From assembly GCA_964291265.2 (NCBI GenBank), contig OZ219747.1:1664001-1728000 (forward strand): a stretch of DNA of 64,000 bases. Direction: 5' to 3'. Position 1 is the stretch's first letter; each line of letters starts with the position of its first letter. A program made the position numbers and the translations under genes. The notes below the pieces were generated by a model. It was given only the letters and a program-made list of their open reading frames with translations. It had not been told where the DNA came from and searched no databases. Positions 11,040-21,574 of the stretch are shown here, one piece after another. This stretch comes from Alphaproteobacteria bacterium (GTDB lineage Bacteria; Pseudomonadota; Alphaproteobacteria; SP197).

Positions 11040-11949
11040 CAGGTCGGTTTCCGACAACGCAGCGACATTGTTGGCGGCCCTCGTCAACCCCCCTGCGGGA
11101 TCAGCGCGCCGACACGTTCTCGGCGACCGCCTGGCTGCGGGCGCCCTGTTGGCTCTTGCGGTCATTGTCATGCTGGCCGTTGCCGCACCCCTCGTCACAC
11201 CGCATGCAGACCAGGGGCGCGGAGCAACGAACATCGAAGACAAGCTCCTGGAACCTTCGCTGGCTCACCCCTTCGGTACCGACGCGCTGGGTCGCGACGT
11301 ACTGGCCCGCGTCCTCTTCGGCGCGCGCACGGCACTCGTGTCGGGTCTAGTCATCGTCCTCGTCGGCGTGGTGGCGGGAACGCTGCTCGGTGCCACGGCA
11401 GGCTATGTCGGAGGCTGGCTCGACGAGGCGATCATGCGCGTCACTGACGTGTTTCTCGCCTTTCCGCCCCTGCTGCTGGCCATGACCGTTGCCGTGGTCC
11501 TGCAACCCAGTCTGGAGAATGCGATTCTGGCCATCGCACTCACCTGGTGGCCTTGGTACGCGCGCATCGCGCGCGGGCAGGCGACTTCGCTGCGGAAACG
11601 ACACTTCGTCATGGCGGCGCGGGGCATCGGTGTCAGTCATCCGGTGGTTGTGCTGCGTCATGTTCTGCCCAATGTCATGACACCGGTATGGGTTCAGGCG
11701 ACGCTTGATCTCGGCGCCGCCATCCTGACCGTGAGCGCGCTGGGCTTCGTCGGACTGGGTGTGCCGCAGCCGACAGCCGACTGGGGGGCGATGATTTCGG
11801 AGGGCCGCATCTACGTGCAGACGGGCCACTGGTGGGTGCCGACATTTCCGGGCGTGGCGCTTTTCGTGACCATCATGGCCTTCAATCTCGCGGGTGACGC
11901 GGTGCATATGGCGACCAGCCCGCGCGGCCGTGCCATGCGAGGCGCATGA
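11029..11949 (+). CDS. dppC: Dpp/Opp ABC permease (DppC-like)
   Basis: HPFGTDALGRDVLARV.FGAR, RHVLPN, DWG.MI. Confidence 0.88.
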   Translation: MSADRSVSDNAATLLAALVNPPAGSARRHVLGDRLAAGALLALAVIVMLAVAAPLVTPHADQGRGATNIEDKLLEPSLAHPFGTDALGRDVLARVLFGARTALVSGLVIVLVGVVAGTLLGATAGYVGGWLDEAIMRVTDVFLAFPPLLLAMTVAVVLQPSLENAILAIALTWWPWYARIARGQATSLRKRHFVMAARGIGVSHPVVVLRHVLPNVMTPVWVQATLDLGAAILTVSALGFVGLGVPQPTADWGAMISEGRIYVQTGHWWVPTFPGVALFVTIMAFNLAGDAVHMATSPRGRAMRGA

Positions 11950-12917
11950 GTACGCCGCTTCTCTCGGTCACCGGTCTCAGGGTCGGTTTTCCCGGCCCCG
12001 TGAGCCGCCGTCCGGTGTTGCGCGGGATCGATTTCGAGGTCGAGGAAGGCACGGCCTACGGCATCGTCGGCGAATCGGGATGCGGCAAGTCGATGGCGGC
12101 CCACGCCATCCTTGGCCTCGTGCCGCCACCGGGGTCGATTGACGGCGGTTCGATCGCCTATCGGGGCCAGGACCTGGTTTCCGGAAGCCGCCATGCCTGG
12201 GCCGCGTTGCGTGGCAGGCACATCGCCATGGTTCATCAGGATCCAGCCGCCGCTCTCAACCCCCTGTTCACGATCGGCAACCAGATTACGGCGATCATGC
12301 GGCGGCACGGAAGAGCCCGGGCGAGCGAGGCGCGGGAGCGCGCGGTGTCCCTGCTTGGCGAACTCGAGCTGGCCGACCCCGCCGCCCTGCTCGAACGCCA
12401 TCCCCACGAACTCTCCGGCGGCATGCAGCAGCGGGTCCTTCTTGCCATGGCCCTGGCCGGGGATCCGGACCTGGTGATCGCCGACGAGGCAACGACAGCC
12501 CTCGATGTCACCATCCAGGCCCAGGTCCTCGCCCTGCTCGACCGGTTGCGCAGGACGCGCGGTCTGACCTTGATCATCATCACGCATGATCTCGGCGTGG
12601 TGGCCCAGACCTGCGACCGGGTGGCGGTACTGTATCTCGGACGGATAGTGGAGGAAGGCGATCCCGGTGATGTCTTCCTTGCGCCGCATCACCCCTATAC
12701 AAGGGGCCTTCTGAAAGCGCGGCCGGGTGAACAGGGGGAACGCACGCCGCTTGCCGTCATTCCGGGCTCCGTGCCTGCTGACGCCACGGACATCGAGGGA
12801 TGTGCCTTCCGCGAGCGGTGCGCTTTCGCCATGGATTCCTGCCGTCTGGAGGACCCCGCGGTGCGGTGGCTCTCGGATCTCCACCGCAGCGCCTGCCACC
12901 TCGAGGGCGGGCGATGA
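11946..12917 (+). CDS. dppD: Dpp/Opp ABC ATPase (DppD-like)
   Basis: GESGCGKS, LSGGMQQR, IADE, HPYT, C-terminal Cys cluster. Confidence 0.9.
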   Translation: MSTPLLSVTGLRVGFPGPVSRRPVLRGIDFEVEEGTAYGIVGESGCGKSMAAHAILGLVPPPGSIDGGSIAYRGQDLVSGSRHAWAALRGRHIAMVHQDPAAALNPLFTIGNQITAIMRRHGRARASEARERAVSLLGELELADPAALLERHPHELSGGMQQRVLLAMALAGDPDLVIADEATTALDVTIQAQVLALLDRLRRTRGLTLIIITHDLGVVAQTCDRVAVLYLGRIVEEGDPGDVFLAPHHPYTRGLLKARPGEQGERTPLAVIPGSVPADATDIEGCAFRERCAFAMDSCRLEDPAVRWLSDLHRSACHLEGGR

Positions 12918-13894
12918 CGGTGGAGCACGACATCCTGCTCGACGTCAGGAACCTCGCGGTCGACTACCCGACAGGGACCGCCATCTTCGGCAGGCGGTGT
13001 GGACACCTGCGGGTTCTTGAGAACATCAACCTGCGGCTCCGGCGCGGCGAAACCCTGGGCGTCGTCGGCGAATCGGGGTGCGGCAAGTCGACCCTTGCAA
13101 TGGCGCTGGCAAGGTTCGTGTCGGCCAGCCACGGCGACATCCTGTTTGACGGGCGCGACGTGCTCCGGCTTGACACCGCCGGCCTCAAGGCATGGCGCCG
13201 GGACATGCAGCTCGTGTTCCAGAATCCCGTGGCCTCCCTCAATCCGCGCATGACGGTTCGCGCCATCGTCAGCGAACCCCTGATAACGCACACAGGACTT
13301 GATCGCGGCGAACGACGCCGACGGGTCGAGGCCCTTCTCGTCGAAACCGGCCTCGACCCGTCATTGCTCGCCCGCTATCCCCATGAACTCAGTGGTGGCC
13401 AGGCTCAGCGGGTCGTGCTGGCACGCGCCCTTGCCCTCAATCCGCGGTTGCTGGTGCTTGACGAACCGACCTCCGCCCTCGACGTTTCCGTCCAGGCGCA
13501 GGTCCTCAATCTGCTCATGCGCCTGCAGGCGCAGCACAACCTGACTTACATGCTGATTTCACACAGTCTCGGCGTCGTCGAACATGTCAGTGACCGTATC
13601 GCCGTTCTCTATCTCGGCGAGATCGTCGAGGAAGGACCGCGAGACGAGATCTTCAGTCGGCCACGCCACCCCTATACCCAGGCGCTGATGGCGGCGACTC
13701 CTGTCGTCGATCCCTCGAAGAGGCAGGTTCATCGACCGCTGTTGGGGATGATCCCCGGTCCCGCGTCGCTGCCCCGGGGATGCCGGTTCCACACCAGGTG
13801 CCCCCGCGCTTGGTCCCTGTGTCATGACATCAGGCCAGATCCGCAGCGTGTCGGCGACGCTCATGTGGCCGCGTGCCACCTTCTGACGTCATGA
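12914..13894 (+). CDS. dppF: Dpp/Opp ABC ATPase (DppF-like)
   Basis: GESGCGKST, LSGGQAQR, LDEPTSALD, GCRFHTRCP; ATGA overlap with the upstream gene. Confidence 0.9.
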   Translation: MTVEHDILLDVRNLAVDYPTGTAIFGRRCGHLRVLENINLRLRRGETLGVVGESGCGKSTLAMALARFVSASHGDILFDGRDVLRLDTAGLKAWRRDMQLVFQNPVASLNPRMTVRAIVSEPLITHTGLDRGERRRRVEALLVETGLDPSLLARYPHELSGGQAQRVVLARALALNPRLLVLDEPTSALDVSVQAQVLNLLMRLQAQHNLTYMLISHSLGVVEHVSDRIAVLYLGEIVEEGPRDEIFSRPRHPYTQALMAATPVVDPSKRQVHRPLLGMIPGPASLPRGCRFHTRCPRAWSLCHDIRPDPQRVGDAHVAACHLLTS

Positions 13895-13967
13895 TACAAC
13901 CCCGGGGCCGTCGACGGGCGGCCGGTATTCCGGATACACTCGATCATACCACGCCGGAGAGAGACGC

Positions 13968-15578
13968 ATGAGCGCACGCGACGGCCAACGCAAGGCGCCC
14001 TACGCCTGGTCGATGCCGGACTGGCCATCCCCGGGACAATCCGCTGCCGACGATGCCATCGAGGTGTGGGGCTACACGGATCGCATGTCCTACGAGGCGG
14101 GTGACGTGATCAGGCTCCACGTCAGTGCGACACGCGCCTCCTGGTCGCTGACGATCTATCGTGACGGCGCCTCGCCGCAGCGTGTCCTGCAACGCCACGA
14201 CCTGCCGGGCGAGCGCCACACCGTTCCGGACGACGCCTTTGCCTTGGGCTGCGGCTGGCCCGTGGCTCTCACCATCCCTGTCGATGACGATTGGCCGTCA
14301 GGCCTCTACATCATTGTCCTCGGTGTCGGCGAGGGATCAGACCATTTCGAGTCCGATGCTTTCTTTGTCGTGCGCAGTCCGGTCCGCAAGAGGCGGAAGA
14401 TCGGCTTCATGCTGACGACAAGCACCCTGATCGCCTACAACGACTGGGGAGGCGCCAATCACTATCGCGGTCTCGGGAACGATCCGCGTGACGACATCGC
14501 GTCGCCGATGCTGTCGACACGACGTCCCGTGGGCCGCGGCTTTCTGCGCAAGCCGGCTGGAGCGCCGCGTGAATCCCATGACTTTTCGCCACCGATCGGT
14601 TGGCAGCCCCGTTATCCCTCCTACGAGTGGGCGCGTCTCCACAACATGAGCCGGCATCATGCCGATGCCTTCTGGGCGACCTACGAGAGACTGTTTGCCG
14701 TGTGGGCCGAGAACCAGGGTTATCAACTCGATTATCTCACGCAGCACGACCTTCACTTCGACCGGAGCAGCCTCGATGGCTTCGATGCACTGGTGATCAT
14801 CGGGCACGACGAGTACTGGACCTGGGAGATGCGCGACCGGGTCGACGACTTCGTTGATCGTGGTGGTGGTCTGGCCCGTTTCGCCGGGAACTTCTACTGG
14901 CAGGTACGGCTGTCCGAAGATGGGACCACACAGTATTGCTACAGGGTTCCCGACGCCGACCCCGCCACTCCCACCACGCCGCACCTTGCAACCACCGCAT
15001 GGGACTGCACCCTGATCGGACGTCCGGCGGCGTCGACGATGGGGCTGACGGGCATGTCCGGGACCTACAACCGCTACGGCGTGGCAGCACCCCGCTCTTC
15101 GGGAGGCTATACCGTTTACCGACCACGGCACTGGGCCTTCGCCGGGACCGATCTCTACTACGGCGATCTCGTGGGCGGTACGCCTGTCAATCTCGCGACC
15201 TTCGAACTCGACTCGGTGGAGTACACTTTCCGCCGTGGATTGCCTTTCCCGACATTCGAGGACGGCGCCCCGGAATCCCTGGAGATTCTGGCCCTGGCGC
15301 CCGCGGTGCGTGGCGAGGAGGACCGTTTCGATGGCACTGTCCCGCTCAACGGTCCGTTGCGCGAGGCCGAACAGATCATGGAGGTGCTTGGTGACCTGCT
15401 GCCGGCCCACTGCCACGAGAACGAAGGACGTGGCGCCGGCATGATTGCCGCCTTCACCCGCGGCAAGGGAGAGGTGTTCAACGGCGGATCCACGGAGTGG
15501 CCGCGAGCGCTGGAACTGCACGATCCCTTTGTCGAACGCATCGTCGCCAACGTTCTCGACCGCTTCACTGCGTCGTGA
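13968..15578 (+). CDS. N,N-dimethylformamidase beta-subunit family protein
   Basis: WGYTDRMSY..G, T..AYNDWGG, GHDEYWT.EMRD, FAGNFYWQVR, G.VFNGGSTEW. Confidence 0.8.
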   Translation: MSARDGQRKAPYAWSMPDWPSPGQSAADDAIEVWGYTDRMSYEAGDVIRLHVSATRASWSLTIYRDGASPQRVLQRHDLPGERHTVPDDAFALGCGWPVALTIPVDDDWPSGLYIIVLGVGEGSDHFESDAFFVVRSPVRKRRKIGFMLTTSTLIAYNDWGGANHYRGLGNDPRDDIASPMLSTRRPVGRGFLRKPAGAPRESHDFSPPIGWQPRYPSYEWARLHNMSRHHADAFWATYERLFAVWAENQGYQLDYLTQHDLHFDRSSLDGFDALVIIGHDEYWTWEMRDRVDDFVDRGGGLARFAGNFYWQVRLSEDGTTQYCYRVPDADPATPTTPHLATTAWDCTLIGRPAASTMGLTGMSGTYNRYGVAAPRSSGGYTVYRPRHWAFAGTDLYYGDLVGGTPVNLATFELDSVEYTFRRGLPFPTFEDGAPESLEILALAPAVRGEEDRFDGTVPLNGPLREAEQIMEVLGDLLPAHCHENEGRGAGMIAAFTRGKGEVFNGGSTEWPRALELHDPFVERIVANVLDRFTAS

Positions 15579-16097
15579 CGCCATGTCCGGACAGCCCCGG
15601 AACCGCCGCTTCACGCCACTGGCGGGCGGCGGTCACGAGGGCGGGGCTGACTGACTTCCTCTTGCTGTCCGGCGCAAGAAGAGTCTCGCCGTCGCCGGTG
15701 GCCCCTGGCCCGTATTCATGGTGTGTGCCCGGGCTGGTCGGTGACCGTGACCCTGCCATATTGCGGTGGAAGGTTCGTCATGGATGGGTGCGGTGAAGGA
15801 GTTGACAACGCTCACGGGAGCCGGCGGTAACCTTGGTGGCGGCAGGTCCGCCAGGGGCCCGCGGCGCTCCTGACCGCCGACGACCGGAGGAACCTTCTCG
15901 GGGTGATGTCTGAATCGTCGGGCGGATGTTGTCTGCACGAAGGTGATGGTGGATGATGGTGGGACATGGAAGCAGATCCGCGGGGGATGCGCGGCATCGT
16001 CAGTCAAGTCCCCCCAAACCATCCAGACGGCAAGGAGGGCAGATCATGGCTCTTGGCTCCATTGACAGACGCAGGTTCATCGGCACGTCGGCACTAG

Positions 16098-16485
16098 CCC
16101 GAAGTTCCGGACGATTTCAGCGCTATAACCACATCAAGTAGTTGAACTTACTGATAAAACCGCACAGAGACAACATGCAGAAGTTCCCATGTAACGGTGC
16201 AACACCCTGTTGACACAGGCGGCTGTTGCCCCCATGTACGTTGCCATGTACGTGGACATCGTCCCCAACCGCATGAGCCCCCCGCCACTAATCTATCCTC
16301 CTGGCCCATGGAGAACGTCGAAACCCTGCGGCCCTTCCAGATCACCACGCGGCCCACGACGCTCCACAAAAAGGACCTGAACCACCTCGGCGTGCGCCTC
16401 TAGCGTTCCCAGTAGCGACACACCCGATTCTCTCAAACGTCAATACATTCATAACGATACGTCTGAACGGCGCTGGAACTTCGGA
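16098..16485 (+). mobile_element. 388-bp MITE-like internally deleted IS1634-family derivative
   Basis: Flanked by CTAG at 16094-16097 and 16486-16489; inverted ends (C/T)CCGAAGTTCC..TTCAG; interior fuses transposase N-terminal remnants (MYVDIVPNRMSPP, NLSSWP.ENVETLR) to a C-terminal remnant (FQITTRPTTLHKKDLNHLGVRL*). Confidence 0.78.
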
Positions 16486-17202
16486 CTAGCCGGTGCTGCT
16501 GCGGCCACCGCAGCGCATCCGGGGAGAGTGAGCGCCGAGGAGACGGTTTCGCATCGGATTTCTCGCACCGCTGACCGGTGGTGTCGCGGCCTGGGGGCTG
16601 CCCGGGCTCTATGGATGCGAGATCTGGGCGGAACAGAAGAACGCTGCCGGTGGCGTCGAGATCGGCGGCACGTCCTACGATGTCGAAATCGTCCCGTACG
16701 ACAACGAGTATCTTCCGGACAAGGCGCGTACCGGCGCCCAGAAGCTGATCAACGAAGACGGCGTCTCGTTCATCGAGATGCTCGGCGGCGACACCATGCC
16801 GGCCGTGACCCCGATCGCCAATCGCGCCGAGATGCTTGTCTCGACGCTTCTTCCCTCGGACCTTTCGCCGGACACGCCCTTCCTGGTTGCGCCCGCGGAA
16901 GTTCATCCGATCTACAATCTCACGGGCGTCTGGTGGATGGCCGAGAACATGCCTGAAGCGAAGACGGCTGTCATCTGCGCCCAGGATGACGCGATCGGCA
17001 GGCCCTCCGTGGCGACCTACCTCGCGGCGTTCGAAGCGCATGGCATCGAGGTCAAGGACACGATCTTCTTCGACATCGCGACGACGGATTTCGCGCCCGT
17101 CATGACCACGATGCTGGCCCACAAACCCGACATCCTGTGCCTCGACACGGCCTATGCAGAGTTTGTCAACGAACTGTGCAAGCAGGCCTTCGTGCAGAAT
17201 TA

Positions 17203-19007
17203 GTGCTCGCCCGGAAATGCCCGTTTCGGCTGACCTTTCGGCGAAGCTTTGGGTTTGATCGCCCTCCGGAGCCGCCGAGCGCTCCGTTTTCGAGGCTTGT
17301 TCCTGCCGATTCATGGCGGCATCAGGGCTATCCCAGGCAAGAATCCAGACATCAGGCAAGCGGCTCCGTTCCCGCTTGAGCGGGTTTCGTTGCGGATAGG
17401 GTCTTGGGAGCTGCCGTCAGGCGGCGCGTCTTCGTCGTCGTCGGGCCCGGGCCCGAGCTTCCCTGTGCAGCAGCAGCCCGATGCGGTGGACATTGAAGGC
17501 CACCATGGACAGCGCCACCATCCGCGCAAAGCCGTCCGCTCCATAGGACAGGACCCGGTCCATGCCGCGTTGCTCAAGATTGTTGATCGCGGACTCCACG
17601 GCCGGATGCTGCCGGCGCATCTCCCGGAACGTCGTCTCAGCTTCCCGTTCCCGGTCCGCCCGAGAGAGCTTCCCTTTCTTCGGAAGCACGTTGTGATCCA
17701 GCAGTGCGTCCAGGGCGACCCGGTTGGAAGGGCTGTGGAACCCCTTATCGAAACTGCACAGACGCAGATCCGGGAAGCGGGCCTGCGCTTCTCGGATCAT
17801 GGGTACGGCATGGTCCACGTCACTGCCTTCCCACAGGATCCGGTGGTGCAGGAGAAAGCCGTGCTGATCCTCCAGCACGGCCACCGGCACACCGAGTTCC
17901 ACCGGCACACCGGCCTTGCCCTTCACGCACCAGCGCGTGTGCTCCTCGAAGATCGAGAACACCTTCTCATCCTGCGGAATCTTCTCGCCTTTGAGCAGGC
18001 GCCGGTCCACCTGGTCGATCTGCCGGCGGGCATGCTCAAGGTACGACTCGATCTTGAGAATCCTGAAGGCCCCGACGCCGCGCTCCACAAGCAACGGAAC
18101 TGTCTCCTGCGCCCGCCGGACCAACTCCCGGCTGACGTCGAGGTACGCCTCGATATCCTCCGAAGAGGCCCGACGGGTCTGCCGAACCTTCTGAAAGAGC
18201 TTCTGCAATACCCGGGTCCAATGCTTCCACTGACGCCATTCGGTCATTCCCGTGCGCATGGATGCGCGGCCCGTATCGCGCACCAGACAACGCATCGCAT
18301 CCCACAGAAGATTGACGTCCGTCGGGTAGTGCACGTCCGTCTCCACCACGAACGAATCGCAACGACCACGAAGAGGACCGTCCACATGGCGACGATCCTT
18401 GCCACGCTTGCGCTTGCGCACCATCGCATGGCCGCTCTCCGCCATCAGCTGCGATACCTTCTCCAGCACTTCCGGCGTCAGCTGGCTCACGTTGTCCACC
18501 ACCGTCTGATGCCCGTACCTTGTGTCGTCCCAGATGTCGGCGTGACCCAGGAACTTGCGAACCGTCTTGTGCTCGTTCACCACCTCGTGCAGGCGATCGA
18601 AGTCATACCCCAGGCCCTGCTTCAGGAGACCCATCACCAGGATCTTCCAAAGCTCCATGCCGGGGCGCCCTTTCGTGTGCGACACTCCGGGAAGGATCCC
18701 TTCCTCCAGGATCTCAAACAACCGGGCTCGGGTCGACGGGTCGGCGTACACGTGCTGAATCCCGCGCAGCATCGACGGAGTGTCGTCCCGCGAGTGCTCG
18801 TTGAGATCGATTTCCTCGATCGCTACCTGTCCCAACTCCAGCTGAGGGCGGACGAAGTCTCGCATGGCTATTCTCGCGAAGTTTCCCGAAAATCCGGCTG
18901 ATTCGAGACCAAGCCGGGCGATTCCCGCTCCAAAGCGGGATTCTTCGTCTCCCCAATACCCGATTCAGCTAGTCCAGTCAAGTGGTTGCACTTTCTCGGG
19001 CGGGCAC
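17203..19007 (-). mobile_element. 1805-bp insertion sequence (ISNCY/IS5-like DDE)
   Basis: 6-bp target duplication GAATTA at 17197-17202 and 19008-19013; imperfect TIRs GTGCTCGCCCGGAAATGC / GTGCCCGCCCGAGAAAGTGC. Confidence 0.9.
17417..18865 (-). CDS. DDE transposase (ISNCY/IS5-like)
   Basis: DSFVVETDVHYPTD, KVFSIFEEH, KGKAG.PVELG, SFDKGF, R..H.AVES.IN. Confidence 0.88.
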   Translation of the reverse strand: MRDFVRPQLELGQVAIEEIDLNEHSRDDTPSMLRGIQHVYADPSTRARLFEILEEGILPGVSHTKGRPGMELWKILVMGLLKQGLGYDFDRLHEVVNEHKTVRKFLGHADIWDDTRYGHQTVVDNVSQLTPEVLEKVSQLMAESGHAMVRKRKRGKDRRHVDGPLRGRCDSFVVETDVHYPTDVNLLWDAMRCLVRDTGRASMRTGMTEWRQWKHWTRVLQKLFQKVRQTRRASSEDIEAYLDVSRELVRRAQETVPLLVERGVGAFRILKIESYLEHARRQIDQVDRRLLKGEKIPQDEKVFSIFEEHTRWCVKGKAGVPVELGVPVAVLEDQHGFLLHHRILWEGSDVDHAVPMIREAQARFPDLRLCSFDKGFHSPSNRVALDALLDHNVLPKKGKLSRADREREAETTFREMRRQHPAVESAINNLEQRGMDRVLSYGADGFARMVALSMVAFNVHRIGLLLHREARARARRRRRRAA

Positions 19008-19631
19008 GAATTACGGCGGCCAGATCATTTCCTGCACCGCAGACTTCTACTCCGACATCATCGCCAACACCTCCGAAGAGTTCATGGAGGGGGTCATCTT
19101 CCAGTTCCCCGACTTCGACGATCCGGCGCTGAACGCCGAGGGCATCAACTTCAACGATCCCAACGGTTTCTTCGAGGTCTACAACGAGCGCCATCCCGGG
19201 CAGTGGGGCGCGGTCTCCTGGGAGTATGCGTCAATCCTCGATCTGTGGCTTGATGGCGCCCAGAAGGCGGGTTCCATCGAACCGGCAGCGGTGCTCGAGG
19301 GCATGAAACAGGGCGGTACGGGCGCCCATGCCTTCGGCGAAGCCAACTGGTGGGGCAAGGAACTGTTCGGCATCGACAACGCGCTCGTGGGCAACTGGCC
19401 CGTGGTGCAGATCCAGAACGGAAAGGCCGTGATCGTCGAGTTCAGGAATATCCCCGAGTGGTGGGGCCAACACAGCGAGACCATGATCAAGCACTTCGAA
19501 GCGATGGGCGAAATGTGGTACCAGCGCGCCTGATCACCTTCTTCGCCGGCCTGCGCGGCACGGCGGCACGCCATACCGGACCCGGTTTCGCGCCGGGCCC
19601 GGTATCGTCTTTCCGGACATCCCGTTAGCCC

Positions 19632-20510
19632 ATGGACATCGGTGTCTTCCTGCAGACCTGCCTGAACGCGACCTATGCGTCGAGTTATCTGGCGCTCGTT
19701 GCGGTCGGCCTCGTTCTCATCTTCGGCGTCATGCGGGTCGTGAACTTTGCTCACGGCGAACTCTACATGGCCGGCGCCTATTGCCTGTTCGGGGTGTTCT
19801 ACCAGAACGAGCTGCCGTTCTTCGCGGGCGTCGCGGTCGCGGTTCTCGCCGTGGCCGCGGTCGGGCTCCTCCTGGAGAGAACGATGTTCCGGCCCATGAA
19901 GGAGAACCCGCTTGGAGGTCTCATTTGCTCGATCGGCGCCCTCCTGATCCTGCAGGCCGGAGCCGTTGCGCTCTTCGGCGTCCGCAAGAAGTCCTTTGCC
20001 GGTCCCTACAATGAATCCGTGACACTGTTCGGGGTCGACGCCCTGACCATTTCCGGCCAACGTCTTGTCGTCATAGCCTTCGCCGTCATTCTCCTTGGAG
20101 CGCTGTGGGCCTTCCTGCGGAAGAGCCGGTTCGGCTGGGCGTTGCGTGCGGTCGCGCAGGATTCCGAAGCTGCCGCACTGCAGGGCATTTCGATCAGCCG
20201 CATCTCGATGCTCGCCATGATTCTGGGCGCCGCGCTGGCGGGGGTTGCAGGAGCACTGACGGCCACCATCGTGCCGACAGGCCCCTACATGGGACATCCG
20301 GTCATCATTGGCGCCTTCATCGTCATCATCGTCGGAGGCCTCGGCAGTCTCGAGGGGGCGATCCTCGCATCCGTGCTCTACGCCTTTACCCATACCTTCG
20401 TCACCACGCTGCTTGATGGCACGATTGCCGACATCACGGGCCTCGTGGCGATGCTCATCGTGCTCGTCGTGCGTCCCCACGGCCTCCTCGGCAAGCCGGA
20501 GCGAGCCTGA
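19632..20510 (+). CDS. livH: Branched-chain amino acid ABC permease (LivH-like)
   Basis: GLVLIFGVMRVVNFAHGE, G.ALRAVAQD..AA.L.GI, VGGLGS..GA. Confidence 0.88.
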   Translation: MDIGVFLQTCLNATYASSYLALVAVGLVLIFGVMRVVNFAHGELYMAGAYCLFGVFYQNELPFFAGVAVAVLAVAAVGLLLERTMFRPMKENPLGGLICSIGALLILQAGAVALFGVRKKSFAGPYNESVTLFGVDALTISGQRLVVIAFAVILLGALWAFLRKSRFGWALRAVAQDSEAAALQGISISRISMLAMILGAALAGVAGALTATIVPTGPYMGHPVIIGAFIVIIVGGLGSLEGAILASVLYAFTHTFVTTLLDGTIADITGLVAMLIVLVVRPHGLLGKPERA

Positions 20511-21574
20511 TGGGCGCCGTCACCTACGCGGTCTGGCTGGCGCTCATTGCTCTGGCGCTGACGGCGGCAGCCCTTGCCCTTGATCCGCATCTCGGAGGCT
20601 CGCACCGCCGCCGGTGGTGGCAGGGACTCGCTCTTGCGTCGTCCGCCGTGCTGGCGCTCTCGCCCCATGTCGTGACCTTCTCGCAACAGGAACTCCTCGT
20701 TTTCCTCGCCATCAATACCCTGATCGTCGTGAGCTACCGGCTGCTTGCGCTGACCGGCGAATTCTCGCTCGGTCATGTTGTCATGATGGGGTTCGGAGCT
20801 TACGCGTCGGCCCTGCTCAGCAAGCAATTCGCTGTTCCCGTTCCGCTTTCGATCATTCTCGCCGCCGGTCTCACGGGCCTCGTTGCCCTTGTCCTGGCCT
20901 TTCCACTGTTCCGCATGAAGGGTTTCTACTTCCTCATCGGTTCCTTTGCTGCAGGCGAGACCATCAGGTTGCTCTGGAAGGCCTTCATCGGTCCCAAGGA
21001 CATCTCCCGCATTCCCGGTGTTCCCGACATCGAGATCGGCGCCTTCGAGATCCACTTCTGGGAACCGGTCGCCTCGTACTACCTGGTGCTCGTGATCGCA
21101 GCCGTTTCCATCTGGATCCTCTGGCGTATCGAGCATTCGCACATTGGTCTCACCTTTCATGCCGTCCACTGGCGTGACCTGCTTGCCGGGGCAGTTGGCG
21201 TCAACACCTGGCGAACGAGGACCCAGGCCCTGGTGCTGGCGTCGTTCTTCGCCGGTCTGGCCGGCGCGCTTCTGGCGCACTATCTCACCACCGTCAATCC
21301 CAACCGCTTTGCAGTCCACGAGATGGTGTTCGTGCTGATCTGGGTGATTGTCGGAGGCACCGCCACGATCTGGGGGCCCATCATCGGGCTCGTCACGCTG
21401 ACCGCCATCAACGAGGTGCTGCTGCGCGACATCGGATACGACGAACTGCGCCCCCTCTTCTACGGCGTGCTCCTGGTCTTCGCGATGCTGTTTCTGCCGA
21501 ACGGACTCGAGACCCTGCCGGCACGCATCGTCCGGCACGTCAGGCGCGCAAGGCTCCTCGCATCGCCGCATTGA
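20510..21574 (+). CDS. livM: Branched-chain amino acid ABC permease (LivM-like)
   Basis: GEFSLGH...GFGAY, RMKGFYF, AGLAGAL.AH, VGG..T..GP. Confidence 0.88.
   Translation: MGAVTYAVWLALIALALTAAALALDPHLGGSHRRRWWQGLALASSAVLALSPHVVTFSQQELLVFLAINTLIVVSYRLLALTGEFSLGHVVMMGFGAYASALLSKQFAVPVPLSIILAAGLTGLVALVLAFPLFRMKGFYFLIGSFAAGETIRLLWKAFIGPKDISRIPGVPDIEIGAFEIHFWEPVASYYLVLVIAAVSIWILWRIEHSHIGLTFHAVHWRDLLAGAVGVNTWRTRTQALVLASFFAGLAGALLAHYLTTVNPNRFAVHEMVFVLIWVIVGGTATIWGPIIGLVTLTAINEVLLRDIGYDELRPLFYGVLLVFAMLFLPNGLETLPARIVRHVRRARLLASPH

Larger units (their letters stand above)
16046..19533 (+). pseudogene. Liv-type (branched-chain amino acid family) ABC substrate-binding protein with Tat signal, disrupted three times
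   Basis: Reconstruction: MALGSIDRRRFIGTSAL | MITE | AGAAAATAAHPGRVSAEETV (+1 frameshift near 16548) RIGFLAPLTG...FVQN | IS | YGGQIISC...WYQRA*; both insertions excise in frame. Confidence 0.88.

Noticed and set aside
15580-16045. Riboswitch or promoter in the long leader of the Liv binding protein
   Set aside because: No recognisable riboswitch consensus; TTGACA at 15802 is 20 nt from the nearest -10-like hexamer
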